DNA from: Podarcis vaucheri
Lineage: Eukaryota
DNA length: 64,000 nt
Direction: 5' to 3' (one strand)
NCBI GenBank assembly: GCA_965113315.1
Contig: OZ220366.1
The notes under the pieces were generated by a model that had not been told where the DNA came from, did no database searches, and saw only the letters and a program-made list of their open reading frames with translations. A program made the position numbers and the translations under genes. Positions 13,500-26,030 of this stretch are shown piece by piece (positions within the stretch are counted from its first letter, which is position 1; each line of letters starts with the position of its first letter).

Positions 13500-14600
13500 A
13501 ATCTCTTTATGGTCCTCTGAATTATTGATTGTGCTCACTCTTTCCCGTTTGAGGCATTCTTTGATAACTTTGGCAGATCTGTTAAGACAGTTGAAATCTT
13601 CTTCCCTGTAATTTCCACCCATGGCTTCTAGCCCTACCCTCTGGAACAAGAGAGAACAACTCTGTTCCATCTTTTGTGTGACAGCTCTTCAGATATTTGA
13701 AGACTTCTGTACCTTTAGTATTCTGCTGTCCTGGTGACATACCCAACTCTTTAAACCATTGGTTTCTAGACCTCTCACTGTTGGTGTAATTTATAAAAAT
13801 GGGTGAAATTGCACTAAGTGCTCTGGCCATGTCTTGAGGAGCCCATCTCTTACGTCTGGCTTCTGTTTAGAGAAAGCTGCACTTGGTGGTTAGAAACAGT
13901 CCAAAGCTCATTTTTATTTTCACAGCCTTTCCTAGCATGATTACTTTACTCAGATTCCAAATCACTGAGGTATTTTTAATTGTGATTTGGACACTGTGCT
14001 CCTGTCAATGAAGCCTTAGTTTGCATTCATTTTTAAGCACCTACTTCATATTACTGACTTGTGACAATTATGATCAACTAGGACACCTAGATATTTCCAC
14101 ATTCACTGATGCCAAACTTGATCTTCCCCACTACCTTTTACCTTTACCTCCCCATCATACATTTGTGCCTTTGATTCTTGATATCTAAATGCAGGACTTT
14201 ACATTTTTCTTTGTTGAATTTCACCTTACGTGTCCACCTTACATGTCCATACCCTCTTGATTCTTTCTTTTATGGTGTTTGTATCATTTGTAGCTTTGTA
14301 TCATTTGCAGATTTGATAAGGATCCCATTGGCTTCTTTGTAGAAATAATTTTTAAAGATGTTGAACAGCACAGGGCCTAAGGCAGATTCTTGTGGCACTC
14401 CACTTGATATTTCCATCTAGGATGATGCTGAACTATTAACACACAGTTGTTGTGTACAGCTGTTCAACTAGTTGACTGTTCACCTAGCAGTAGTAGTATC
14501 TCGCTTGTGTTTACCAGCTTGTCAGCAAGGGACATAGAAACGTTTGTCAAATTATTTGCTGACATAGTGATATACTATGTCTGCAGTGTTCCCATGATCT
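13500..14600 (-). mobile_element. Degraded CR1 LINE
   Basis: Minus-strand ELGM...FKYLKSCH...LFSLVPEGRARSHGWKLQGRRF, plus RT remnants (reverse of tcatttgcag, gtggcactccact). Confidence 0.85.
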
Positions 14601-14855
14601 AGAAATTCTATTTTAAAAATATATGGTTGATTTGATGTCATGTGAAAATTCCATATTATTTTTGAAGCTATTCATAGACCAATTGCTCAATAATTTGGAG
14701 TGAATAGAAAAACATTAAATTTTGAAAAAGGCAGTATCTCAAGGTTGATACTGATTTTCTAGGTTCATTTCAGTCTGTTTGGTGGCCGGGTTTTAAACTC
14801 TGCTAGATTTGAAATATTTACGCTTTGAATGGGACTATTTTCCTATTGGTTCTAA

Positions 14856-15244
14856 GGGATGCAGGTGGCACTGTGGTCTAAACCACTGAGCCTCTTGGGC
14901 TTGCCGATCAGAAGGTCAGTGGTTCGAGTCCCCACGACGGGGTGAGCTCCCGTTGCTCTGTCCCAGCTCCTGCCAACTTAGCAGTTAGAAAGTACACCTA
15001 TGGAAGTAGCTAAATAGGTACCACTGTGGCAGGAAGGTAAATGGCGTTTCTGTGCATTCTGGTTTCTGCCATGGTGTTCCGTTGCACCAGAAGTGGTTTA
15101 GTCATGCTGGCCACATGAACCCGGAAAGCTGCCTGTGGACAAATGCCAGTTCTCTCGGCCTGAAGCGAGATGAGTGCCGCAACCCCATAGTCAACTTTGA
15201 CTGGACTTAACCATCCAGGGGTCCTTTACCTTTTTACTTTTACC
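14856..15244 (+). mobile_element. Sauria (Squam1) SINE
   Basis: tRNA-like head with A and B boxes and (ACCTTT)-type tail; TSD cctattggttct / cctattgattct. Confidence 0.9.
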
Positions 15245-16127
15245 TATTGATTCTTCTGAATCTGTCAGTGGTTTTTGATTCAATCACTAGTAGTATCATT
15301 CTCCAGTGTGTGTCTGGGACTTGGGGGCACTGTTATGGTGGCCTAATATAGGTTCCAAAAACTGCTGCTTGACACCAAGATCTCTGGCTTTATGGCATGA
15401 CACAGGGTTTCATTGGGAGATAGATATTTTTAAAATATCTGCATGAAACTTCTCAAGTAGATTATCAGGACATTTGGAGTCTGATGTGATCAGTATGCTA
15501 TTACCCAACTGTTTCTCTCCTTTCCATCTCAGACTAGAGAAGCCATGAAAGTTATGAACTGGTGTTTGAAATTGTTGATATACTGGCCACTTCCTATCAC
15601 ATAAGCCTGTGTACTCTCATTGATCATTTAGAGATCATCTGCCGTTTTGTTGGCAGCCACAAATGATAGGGGGCTCTCATTTGCTGCTTTTAGTCTTTAG
15701 AATTATTTGTTCAAGGAGATCCACTAGGCCACTGGCCTAGGGGTTTCTAATTGTTTGATTAATCTCAGAGCTAGAAGGGTTAGGCAGCATTTGCTGTTTA
15801 TAAGAGAGGATTAGCAAATTAGCTGATGAATACGTTGTTTTCCAAGTACAGGTAAACAGTCATAACTAAAATAACCTAGCCTTCAGTTAGCCTTCATGTA
15901 TCAGTTCAGAGAAGGCAGCTAAGAGGTGGGGTGGGACTTGGAACATTTTAAAATTCAAATTCTGGGAGGAATGGTGGGGGTCATTACATTTCTTTTCCAA
16001 ATGATCCACTTTTGATTAATAATAGATGACCAGTGTTGGAATCTTTACTAGGCGACATACAGTGTTTTGACATTTGCTATTTATGTATGAGTCTGAGATA
16101 TCAAATATACCAAATACCAACATAGTA

Positions 16128-16491
16128 CAGTGGTGCCCCGCAAGACGAATGCCCCGCAAGACGGAAAACCCACTAGACGAAAGGGTTTTCCGTTTTTTAG
16201 CTGCTTCGCAAGACGATTTTCCCTATGGGCTTGCTTTGCAAGACGAAAACGTCTTGCAAGTGTTCCGATTTTTTTTCCGCTTCCCCCCCTTTTTCTAAAC
16301 CGCTAAGCCACTAATAGCTTTTTAGCCGCTAATCCACTAATCTTTTAATAGCCGCTAAGCCTTTATTAGCCGCTAAACCGCTAATAGCGCTAATCCGCTA
16401 AGCCGCTAATAGGGTTGCTTCGCAAGACGAAAAAACCGCTAGACGAAGAGACTCGCGGAACGGATTAATTTCATCTTGCGAGGCACCACTG
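16128..16491. mobile_element. Tc1/mariner (Tigger/pogo-like) MITE with internal repeat arrays
   Basis: TA|CAGTGGTGCCCCGCAAGACGAA...TTCATCTTGCGAGGCACCACTG|TA. Confidence 0.92.
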
Positions 16492-17788
16492 TATTAATTT
16501 TTTGGGAATGTTGCTGTAGTTTTTCAGGTCTTGAATAATTGTTATTTTACTTCTCTGAGTGTTGGAGGGACGATGATTTACTAATTTATATACCACTTAA
16601 TGCCAAAAAAGAGTTCCACTAAGGTTATAATCGTAAGGCCATCATATTAAATAAGGTTCACTTCTGAGTGCATTGCATTGTTAGTCATGCTGAAATCAGT
16701 CATTCTGATTTCAATGGGTTTATACTGACTATCACCCCAAATTTGTAGGGAAAGAATAAGAACAAAAGATGCCCTCAGTGTATTATTATGATGGTCAAGT
16801 TGCAAGGAGCACCACATTGCAAAAGCAGATAGATGCCAGTTTGTGCTGCATTGGAACTCAATGTTTATCACTAATGTTTTGTAACGGAATCATTGCTGTA
16901 TACTAGTATCATAACTATCAGCCTATTGGTCTTAACAAAGTTCATCAGAAGAATTGCCGATTAAAATCCAGAATTTCTTCAACTAGATATTTTATTCATA
17001 CTATTTGGCGTATTTTCCAATATGTTGTTTACATGTAGTATAGATTGCGATCAGATTTCAAAATCACTTTCTTACTATAGAGTTGGATTTATGTAACAGA
17101 AATGTAAAGTCAAAGGTTGTCTCCCTAAACTATTATTATTTTGTTGATCTAATTAACTAGGAGTCTATTACAATCAGGGACAGCTCCATAGGTAGAACAT
17201 GGCAGTAGATTTAGGACTTCATTAAAGTGTAAGTAGTTAGTTAGTTGTTATGGTTACTGTGACATTTGGAAATTCTGCCTCAGGTACCAAAAGATCCTTG
17301 TTAAGCCCTGGGCAGAACTGTTCCTAGTTCTGAATTTTTGTTTTTGTAATGAGCTAGCAAATTAGTAAGGACCACTTTATGCTGCTTTTTTAAAAAACAA
17401 TGTAACATTGGTGAGTCCTGTAAGAATTCATCTTGAACTGTGTCCAAACTGTTATTTCCCCCAATAACTCTTCCTGCCAAAGAAGGTTAAATATACTTTT
17501 TGTTGACAACTAAACAGTATAATTTGTAACAACATTTGTTGTGAGTCGAGGACTCTTCCAGGAAGCAGAATGAGGCGCAGAGGCTGCCGTGGCTGCTTGA
17601 ATGTGGCTAAACCCCGCCCCCAGGCCAAGCCTATTGGCTGGCCCGCTGCAGGGCGGGGTGGCAGCCGGGGAGATGATGCAGGGGGCCGAACATGCCCCCC
17701 TGCCAACGCGGGAATGGTTCCCACTGACAACGCCTCCCCTCTGGGAAGAAGAGAGGCTTTCTCACCCAAGGAAAAATGTGAATATACT

Positions 17789-18093
17789 CTTCTTCTCTGT
17801 TTTGGCAATCACTCGTAGCTGAGTAAGATTGTTCCATAAACACGGTTTTAACAATGAGTCTGTAAGTGACTCTGGAGGCCAATTCTGGATCCACACGTCC
17901 TTCTACAGTGGGGCCATTGGTTTCTGAGCAGGAGTTGATCACGGTGTGGATTGGCCAAGCGTGCCTTCCTCTTAGCACGTTTCTCCCTTGCGTCCTGAGT
18001 TCTAGTGTCTTCAAAGCCCATGACACCTTTGGTAAAGGCAGTTACCCAACTGGAGCGCTTGCAGGCCAGTGTTTCCCAGTTGTCAGTGTTCAT
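17789..18093 (-). mobile_element. RTE-clade LINE 3' fragment (not BovB)
   Basis: ORF2 C-terminus WETLA...R..W...RAKRK with decayed zinc-finger (W)PHCRRTCGSRIGLQSHLQTH and short GAA-type tail. Confidence 0.85.
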
Positions 18094-18903
18094 ACTACAT
18101 TCACAGCTTCACTCACAAGGGCCCACTCACCATGGCAAGGTGATGATTCAGCGAGTGGGTGTGAACATACCTCTTCGAAACACATACCACTTTGAAAATA
18201 TGGAGGATTTTGCAAATCGATATGCTTGTAGACATTCTGTCCTATATTTCATACTGACTTAGCAGACTGATAGTGATTTTAGTAAAACTCCAACCTTGCA
18301 ATGGCAGTCCATTTTGGAATCAGCAGTTGTGTGTTAGTTGCCTAGATAAAATCATTGATGGAATACTGCCTCTAAAATTGAGTATTCCATTCCAGCCCCT
18401 CTTCTGTCATTCTTGCAACATGTTCCCTCATCCCTACCCACTCAAAGCTCCTCCTACATTCTCCATTTCATCTCTACTCCCCTACCAGCAATTATAGAGA
18501 CAGTATACATCTGAATAACAGCTGCTGGGAACAAGCAGCACTTGATCACTCTTGTCAGCACGCACTGCTTGTAAACTTTCAGGAGGCATTTGCTAGGCAA
18601 CATTGAAAGGAGAATGTTGAACTGATGGAGACTAGGGACTTGCGCAGTGACTTAACTAAGTACAAGGTAAATATGCTACTTGAAACACTGTCACACTATG
18701 TCACTGTTGACAGAGAGCCTTCTTTGCTAGTCCCTTGCTTTCCAAGCAAAATTTCCTTTACAGAGAACATAAAAACATATGGCAGAGACTAACAAGTGAT
18801 AGAGGTCTCCTCCTTGTCCATATCTTTCAGGCATAGATAGTCCTAGACAAATTCAGGAGCATCAATGTTTAAGTGAGTCCCCCAAGACCTCTCCTGTTGT
18901 CGG

Positions 18904-19319
18904 TAGGGATGGGTGAATCTATCCCTTTTGATTTATCTCAGTTTCTCATTTTTCCAAGCTTAAGTTCAGTTTTCCACATTCCACATTCACTTCAGTTTGC
19001 GATTTAAAAAAACAAAAAAAACCTCATGAAAAATAATCAGCTTTGCAGTGCAAATCTCTCCTAATATACACATTTTTCTATGAAAATCTATCCTAATATT
19101 TTCACTTAATATATCTATTTTTATGCACACTTCACCCTTGCAAATACCTTTTTGTACACATTACTGTACTTGACTGAAGAACTGTATCACAGAATTCAGA
19201 CGCAGGCAAATTTTGAAGGATGGCTGTGTTTTGGTTCCTGTACTTATTGTTTTGGAAAGTGCAAATTAGGTAGGTTCTCCTGGAAATATGAACTGAATGG
19301 AATTTCTTCCCGTTCCCTA
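18904..19319. mobile_element. hAT-like MITE
   Basis: TAGGGATGGG...CCCGTTCCCTA termini; imperfect 8-bp TSD gttgtcgg / gttatcag. Confidence 0.75.
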
Positions 19320-20154
19320 GTTATCAGTAGTCCTTCCTGTTGCCTGTCTTTGCCACGGCACAAGGTCAAGTTTGCTTTGCAGGGGACTGAAAGGGAGAGT
19401 TTCAATTTTTCTTCAAATTGTGCAAGTACTTGGACAATCCAACTAATTACTGGACAAACTGTGGGGTGGGCTGTGGAGATGGTTGCCTATCACAATTATT
19501 GATAAATTTGTATATCGACCATTGCTTTGCTCATATATTATCTTTACAGATATACTATTGTGTTCTAGATAGGACATGGTATAGAGGAGATATAGGATTG
19601 GGCTGAAGTATCCTTTATATTTGCCTTTGTATCTAGGGGAGTTGGAAATAGGAAACAATGGAGAGAAATTTTGTATGGCAGTGCACAGAATTTTGCAAGT
19701 TTAATGTGAACCCTGCAGCAGTCCGATGCAGTTTAGTTTCTGGTAAGTTAAATTCTGTTTGGAAAAAAAAAAATCATCTTGGAAGATGACTTTCTTACAA
19801 ATGTTCTTCCTCTGTTCAATATTTCAAAAGCTATTCATGGAATAAATTAGGTATTGAAATCATGAAAGCTATTTTGTTTGGAATGGCCAACATAGTAAGT
19901 ATTAAGTTGTGCTGGGAGCCATTTTAGGATTGAAGATGGAGTATAAATACTTATAAGAAAATTAGTAGGATTTTATATAGTGCAGGACCAGCGTTTTGAT
20001 GTATGGCTCTCCTAGAACACTAGTCAGATCTTACTTTACTAGTGTTTTGCAGAAGGTTTCACTTGCTAGTAAGTACTAGGAGAGCATTAGTGTCACTCAG
20101 GAGAAACCATTTTCTTCAAGCATTATAAAGTATATATATCCAGGAATAAGTCCT

Positions 20155-20465
20155 AGATAGAGGGCCAGACCTCAGTTGTAAAGCACCTGTTATGTGAAGG
20201 AGCTTGGGTCCAACCCCAGTATTTCCAGGCAGGGCTTGGAAACACTTATTTCTGAAATCCCGGAAAGCTGCTGGCAGCCTAGAGAAGTCATTATTGAGCT
20301 AGATGGACCAGTGCGCCCTTCACTTCCACTCAGCCTAACCCACCTCACAGGGCTGCTGTGGGGATTACTTGAGGAAGGGAAGAGCCATATACACCACCTT
20401 GAGCTCCTTAGAGGAGAAGGTGGGCTATCAGTGCAACAAATAAATACATATAATGTAAATAAACA
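20155..20465 (+). mobile_element. Degraded tRNA-derived SINE with L2-like tail; related copies near 55650-55830 and 59900-60095
   Basis: Decayed A and B boxes, shared body gagctagatggaccagt and AATAAA-type tail. Confidence 0.55.
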
Positions 20466-21229
20466 TAAAGACACCTGTTTTCATGGGGGGGGGCGGAGGT
20501 CATGTAACTTTGTGAAGACCTTTTCGACAATTATTAATAGCCACTTAGGATTTATGATGAAGCCTTTGGGATGTTGTTTTTTGTAAAAAGCTGTAATAGG
20601 CAATTAGGATTCATAATAAACACTTTGCTCCAAAAAAAAAACAAACCCCTCAATTTTTTTTCCACAAAAAAATGCATCTCAAGCATATTGTCAACAGCAG
20701 GCAGTTGTCTGAAAGGACCAGTGATTATAAGGCAGCTTATAGGAACAGGTTTACCCAGCAGAATGGAGGCATTAGAGCAGCCTCCCAGCCCTTCTTCTGC
20801 TTTTTGGTAGGGTTAAAGTGGAGGCAAGGTCAGGGCTGTGCTTCCACTGGTGTTTCTGAATAGTTGTGGCCTCATTGTTAGATTATCATCCTTAGATGGT
20901 TTCAGATGTTACTTGCTTTTGCTTTTCATTTCTTTGTAGAACTCCTCCCCTTTCCCCCAGTTTTCATCTATTATTTTTTTAATAAACAGATCTTTACTCT
21001 GTTCAGTGCTAAATGGTAATGAATCTGAACTAAAGTTGAATATGAATTGATATTATTTTATTAGGGGTCCTTGGAGATGGAAAAATAATACTATATGCTT
21101 CATTTTGACATATTTCAGATAAATCAATTAGGTCTGAAGGGCACTTCACTTTTATTTTGGTATATCAGGATGTTAAGGCTTTCCAGGTTTTTTAAAAATG
21201 ACATTTTAATATAAACTGTACAAATATAA

Positions 21230-21900
21230 GGAGAGAAATACGAAGAAACAAAATTAATTTGATAACAATTACTAAAAGAAAAATAAATAAAAGAGAAAAG
21301 AAGCAATCTTTAGCTTTAAACCAGAGAAAAAAGTGAACATGTCATTCCCTAAAGAGAGAGAGAGAGAGAGAGAGAGATGGATATAGATATATATGCCAGT
21401 TCTTTACAAACTTATTCTCAAACATTATATTTTCTCCAGTGTGGCTATAATTTTATTTATAACAGTAGTATTCCAAACTCGTAACAAAAATCAGTAAGGA
21501 AGAAGAACCATTTCTTCCCAATACTTGGCTTTTGACATTTTTGCTGGGATCAAAAGAATAGAAACCATTTCAAGGTCCACATTTTCATCACCTCCCTTCA
21601 AGTAATATAAAAGGATATTTACTGGATCCATTGGTAACACATAACCGGTTATTTGTTTGCTGTATCTCAATATTTGAATATTATGACATTTCAATAGAAT
21701 ATGGAGGTAGATTGCATGTGCCATCTCCCAATCTCCAGCAAAGTTGTTTCTGATTTTGACGGTGTAGGAGAAAATCTCTATGTGATGTAAAGCTATAAAA
21801 TTATTAATACATATGTACATAAATATTTCCTCTGTTTTATAACAGCTTTTGATATTTCGTGCAATGCATAAATAACTTATGAAATTCACTCTGACTTTGT
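21230..21900 (-). mobile_element. Degraded L1-clade LINE 3' fragment
   Basis: Minus strand gives frameshifted LCWR.G...YLHILLKC followed by ...P..ILL...AK...AKYW, resembling the L1 ORF2 Cys-rich C-terminus. Confidence 0.5.
21353..21377. repeat. (GA)n microsatellite
   Basis: Direct reading. Confidence 0.95.
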
Positions 21901-24883
21901 CAGATGAGTCATAGATGGTAGATTCTTCAATCAGCCACTATTAGTTCTGACAAAAAAAAAAATTGAATCCATGTTCTGAACAGTGTATTTGGAGTACCCT
22001 ATGCGGGAGATGAATAGGGGTATGCTCTGTACCAGAATGGGCAGGACTAGAATGCACCTTAGTCAGATCCATCAAGACAATTCTCTGCCTTCACTTTAAT
22101 TTGTGTTTCTCAGCTTTAAATGTTTGTTTTACAGGACTGTTTACTGATTAAGGAAATTTTAATTGATTCTGTTGAGTTAGTCCATTAGTTTGATTTACAA
22201 GTTTTCATGAACTTGTATACGTGAATGTTGTTAAGAGGTGCTGCACCTGTACATAGAGGTTTTATTGTTGACCGTTGTAGCTTTTAAAGAACATATAAAC
22301 TAGCTCATAACAGAGTTACACTTGATTTAACGTCCCAACAATAGAAAGCCAGATACATCCGAGATTATTCCTTCTCTGTCCATCCTCAAGGCACCATGTT
22401 CTAAGGGTTGCATGCCCTTGTCGGGTTTCTCTCCTTCTGTTCCATGAAACTGAGGGTCCCCTTCTTCACCAGCATCTGCAAAGAGTTCGTTCAATGCTGG
22501 TGCCCATCCTGCTTTTGCTGCCTTGCTCATCTCCTTTAGCTATCAGCAATGCAGACTGAGCCTGGCATAAGGTGCCAGTGACCTGACTGTAAATTAGTCT
22601 GCTGATGAGATTGCCAGTTAGACACTTCTGCTGTGTCTAGAAGTGATACTGATTGGGCTGGTACGAAACACCTCTGACCACTTTGCTTCTGGTGGCTGTT
22701 TCAGGCTTTTCACATTGCAAAAAGGCAGGTGCCACAAATGTGCCTACATGTGCATATGTATTTAACACTGACTCATGGGTTGATAATTCCTGACTGAGTA
22801 CAAAATTCAATCAATCAGATTGATCAATTAGCATTGCAGCCTTATTAACTACTAATACCTGTTCTTATGGATTATGTTTCCGTACACAGTTTGGGATTCC
22901 ACATTTATGGTAGAGAATGCAATAAACAATTTAATGCTCTTATGACTTGACAAAGATTTACATAGCCGATTCGTGTCTTGTTTTTAAATCTTGTGTAGAT
23001 AATGAAATAGGTTGATTCAGTTTCATGTGTAGCAGAGATGTGTTGATTAAGAAGATTTTGAGAATGTCATAGCAACAAATATGATGATATAAAGGATTGA
23101 TATAGTTGGGCATGCACTATTGGTTTGCACAATTAAATGTGTTGTATACTGCCTGAAGACCACAGCTGGATAGGTGGTATAAAAGTATAACAATTGAGTA
23201 AAATATTAGGGGCTCCCCCTCTCCTCGCCCCACTTGCCAAGCCTTCTGCCATTTCCTCATATTAAGCCCTTGGAGCTTGCTCTTCCCACCACATAAACTA
23301 CTAAGTTTGTTTTTCACCCCACCCCATTTCTGAAGCCACTTTTCTCTTCTAATCTGCAGCGCCACTTTGCACTCCTATTATCACTTTTACTCCTTGTCCA
23401 TGCCTCCTCCCCCATGGTGACCTCCTTCATCTCCCTCCTCCCATGAATCATAATGACTAATCACCCTTTTGACCCTCACTCGCTTTCCTCCTTCCACTCT
23501 CTTCCATAGTTTTCTCAATTCTTCTTTGCACACAGATCACCCCCCGCATTTCCATGCTCCCCCCTTTCTCCTGTTCTGCAGCACAACCCCATGCTGATAT
23601 ATGTTACCGTGTCTTTAGGATAAGAAGAATCTTAAGAGCAAGGCTTTCAATTAATTTCAGTTAGAGAAAGTTCAGTTCAGTTTATGGATATAGTACATAT
23701 ATGGGCATTTACTTGTTAATAAAGTATTTCTTCTAAATTACTGTTGAATCTGGGACTTCATGTTGAAGATAATACATGGTACCAAGAATGAAATACATTG
23801 GGGGAAGGTACAATGGAACATCTGAGAGCTCCACATCCTTTATCTCTCTCACATGAGGCAGCTGAAGAATGGGAGAGGGAGACTTTTTCCCCTTTCAGTG
23901 CCCCTCAGTTTGAGTAAAATGGGGGCGGATTGACATTGAATTGAAAATGGTGGTTTTTAAAATGGCAGAGGTTTGAGCAAAGCAGGGGACAGTGAGGGGT
24001 TGATTTAAAAAAGAAAGAAAAAGAAAACCGGTTTTAACAATGTGAAATATCAGCGAATGGGACAGTGCAGGTGCTAATGCATATCCCCTTTCCCGACTCC
24101 CTTCTCTCTGCACTCAGGTGTTGTTTTAAACTGCCACTTCCCCCTGCTCACTCTACACAAACCTCTGCCATTCATTTTTTAACCAGAAACCATTGGATTT
24201 GTTTAATTTTCTCAAACGTTTCCATTTTTACTCACGGAGCAGGGCTTTGTAGCCCACAGTGCTCTCTCAAAAGCTGATGTTTATGGTCAGTGGAGCCCAT
24301 TTGCAATAGTGGAGCATGTGGTGCAGTGGGCTGTTGATGGAAAGTTGACAGAAATCCCATACACACCACTCTGTGACAAAAGTCCACTTCTGCTTGTGCA
24401 AGGGAAAGATAATTTGTTACAATAATATGGTTAACCTTTAAAACACGGCATTTCTTCAGAATATTCATAAAAGTAACCCTGTCTTTAGTCCAAATGTACT
24501 AGCATGGCACAAAGAATGGAAAAATAGGAATTGAAACTTTCCATCAATTTTATTTATTTGTTTGCTGTATGGTGATTGGGATTTGCATTGGTCAGTTAAG
24601 AGCTTGTATCTCATTGTTGCTTTAGCAAACACATGAATGAGATGAGATCTGGTGCACTATTGACTCATGCTTGATTTTTTGCTTTACCTAGTAAGCCTTT
24701 GAATCATTCAGTATATTTATGCTGGTGTGGCTCTTGTGTAACAACTATGTGGCGTTGCTTCTGTCAGTAGCTTTTGTATCATTATAAATGAGGTGTGGGT
24801 CAGTATAATTGGGTTGTGTTTTAATTGTCTGCTGTTGCAACTACTCAATATTTGGTTTTGAGAATAGAGGAAAGTATCTTAAG

Positions 24884-25028
24884 CATAGAATCATAGAGTT
24901 GGAAGGGACCCTGAGGATCATCTAGTCCAACCCCCCACAATGCAGGAATATTCGGCTGTCCCTTACAGGGATCAAACCTGCAACCTTGGTCTTATTAGCA
25001 CCATGCTGTAACCAACTGAGCTATCCAG
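24884..25028 (-). mobile_element. SINE with tRNA-Ile(AAT)-derived head and CR1 3' tail
   Basis: Reverse complement TAGCTCAGTTGGTTACAGCATGGTGCTAATAAGACCAAGGTTGCAGGTTTGATCCCTGTA, then the CR1 tail and tctatgattctatg. Confidence 0.85.
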
Positions 25029-25350
25029 CTCACATAGCATGCTCAATTTAGATAATTAAAGAAGTATTATTGGGTAATATCAAAGTAAATCAAACTTGCA
25101 GTAGACCTATTTGAATCAGTAGACAAGTGTTTTCTGAGTATGACTAATATTGGATATACCTGTTGTTTCCTGTAGCAAACTGATCATTTTTTCATATTAG
25201 TATTTATTCATTTATTAAGAAATTTGCTAAATACATGCTCATTTAAAGGGAGCCTTAATGTTATTAAAATATTTATATCTGGCCTTTCTGTTAAAAAAAC
25301 CCCTCAGTGTAGCTTACCACATTCATTAAAACAATGAAATGTCACATTTA

Positions 25351-25542
25351 CCGTAGATTCCGCCGTATAAGACGACCTTTTAACCCCAGGAAAGAGGTTT
25401 AAAAGTCGGGGGTCGTCTTATACGCCGGGTATGGGTGGCGGGTGGCGGGCTCCGCGCCGGGAAAAAGACTGGGCTTATAAGACGAACCCCCAAATTGCAG
25501 CTGTCTAATATGCCCAGTCGCCTAATACGCCAGAATCTACGG
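25351..25542. mobile_element. Tc1/mariner (pogo/Tc2-like) MITE
   Basis: TA|CCGTAGATTCCGCCGTAT...ATACGCCAGAATCTACGG|TA with internal TATAAGACGA inverted repeats. Confidence 0.88.
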
Positions 25543-25571
25543 TATTTTTAAATGACAGTTGACTTTGTCAT

Positions 25572-26030
25572 TTGTTGTTGTTTAGTCATTTAGTCGTGTC
25601 CGACTCTTCATGATCCCATGGACCAGAGCACGCCAGGCCCTCCTGTCTTCCACTGCCTCCCGCAGTTTGGTCAGACTCATGTTTGTAGCTTCGAGAACAC
25701 TGTCCAACCATCTCGTCCTCTGTCGTCCCCTTCTCCTTGTGCGTTCAATCTTTCCCAACATCAGGGTCTTTTCCAGGGAGTCTTCTCTTCTCATGAGGTG
25801 GCCAAAGTATTGGAGCCTCAGCTTCACGATCTGTCCTTCCAGTGAGCACTCAGGGCTGATTTCCTTAAGAATGGAGAGGTTAGATCTTCTTGCAGTCCAT
25901 GGGACTCTCAAGAGTCTCCTCCAACACCTTAATTCAAAAGCATCAATTCTTCGGTGATCAGCCTTCTTTATGGTCCAGCTCTCACTTCCATACATCACTA
26001 CTGGGAAAACCATAGCTTTAACTATACGGA
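25572..26030 (-). mobile_element. BovB (RTE) LINE 3' fragment, open frame
   Basis: MVFPVVMYGSESWTIKKADHRRIDAFELRCWRRLLRVPWTARRSN...KSRTRLND followed by a (CAA)n tail. Confidence 0.95.

Noticed and set aside
16297-16410. CRISPR-like or telomere-like array
   Set aside because: Irregular 7-mer units with no spacers, inside a MITE in a vertebrate intron.
22622-22728. Open + strand frame TLLLCLEVILIGLVRNTSDHFASGGCFRLFTLQKG between tag| and |gtgcca, loosely similar (about 8/35) to exon 26777-26885; considered as a mutually exclusive exon
   Set aside because: Phases (0-2) do not match the real exon (2-0), splice signals are weak, and the identities are mostly Leu.
23210-23590. Long C/T-rich tract, considered as H-DNA or antisense G4
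   Set aside because: Irregular low-complexity sequence without a clear mirror repeat or canonical G4 spacing.
24950-25028. tRNA-Ile gene; likewise tRNA-Lys at about 37467-37526
   Set aside because: Stems and B boxes are mutated and both are fused to CR1 tails, so they are SINE heads.
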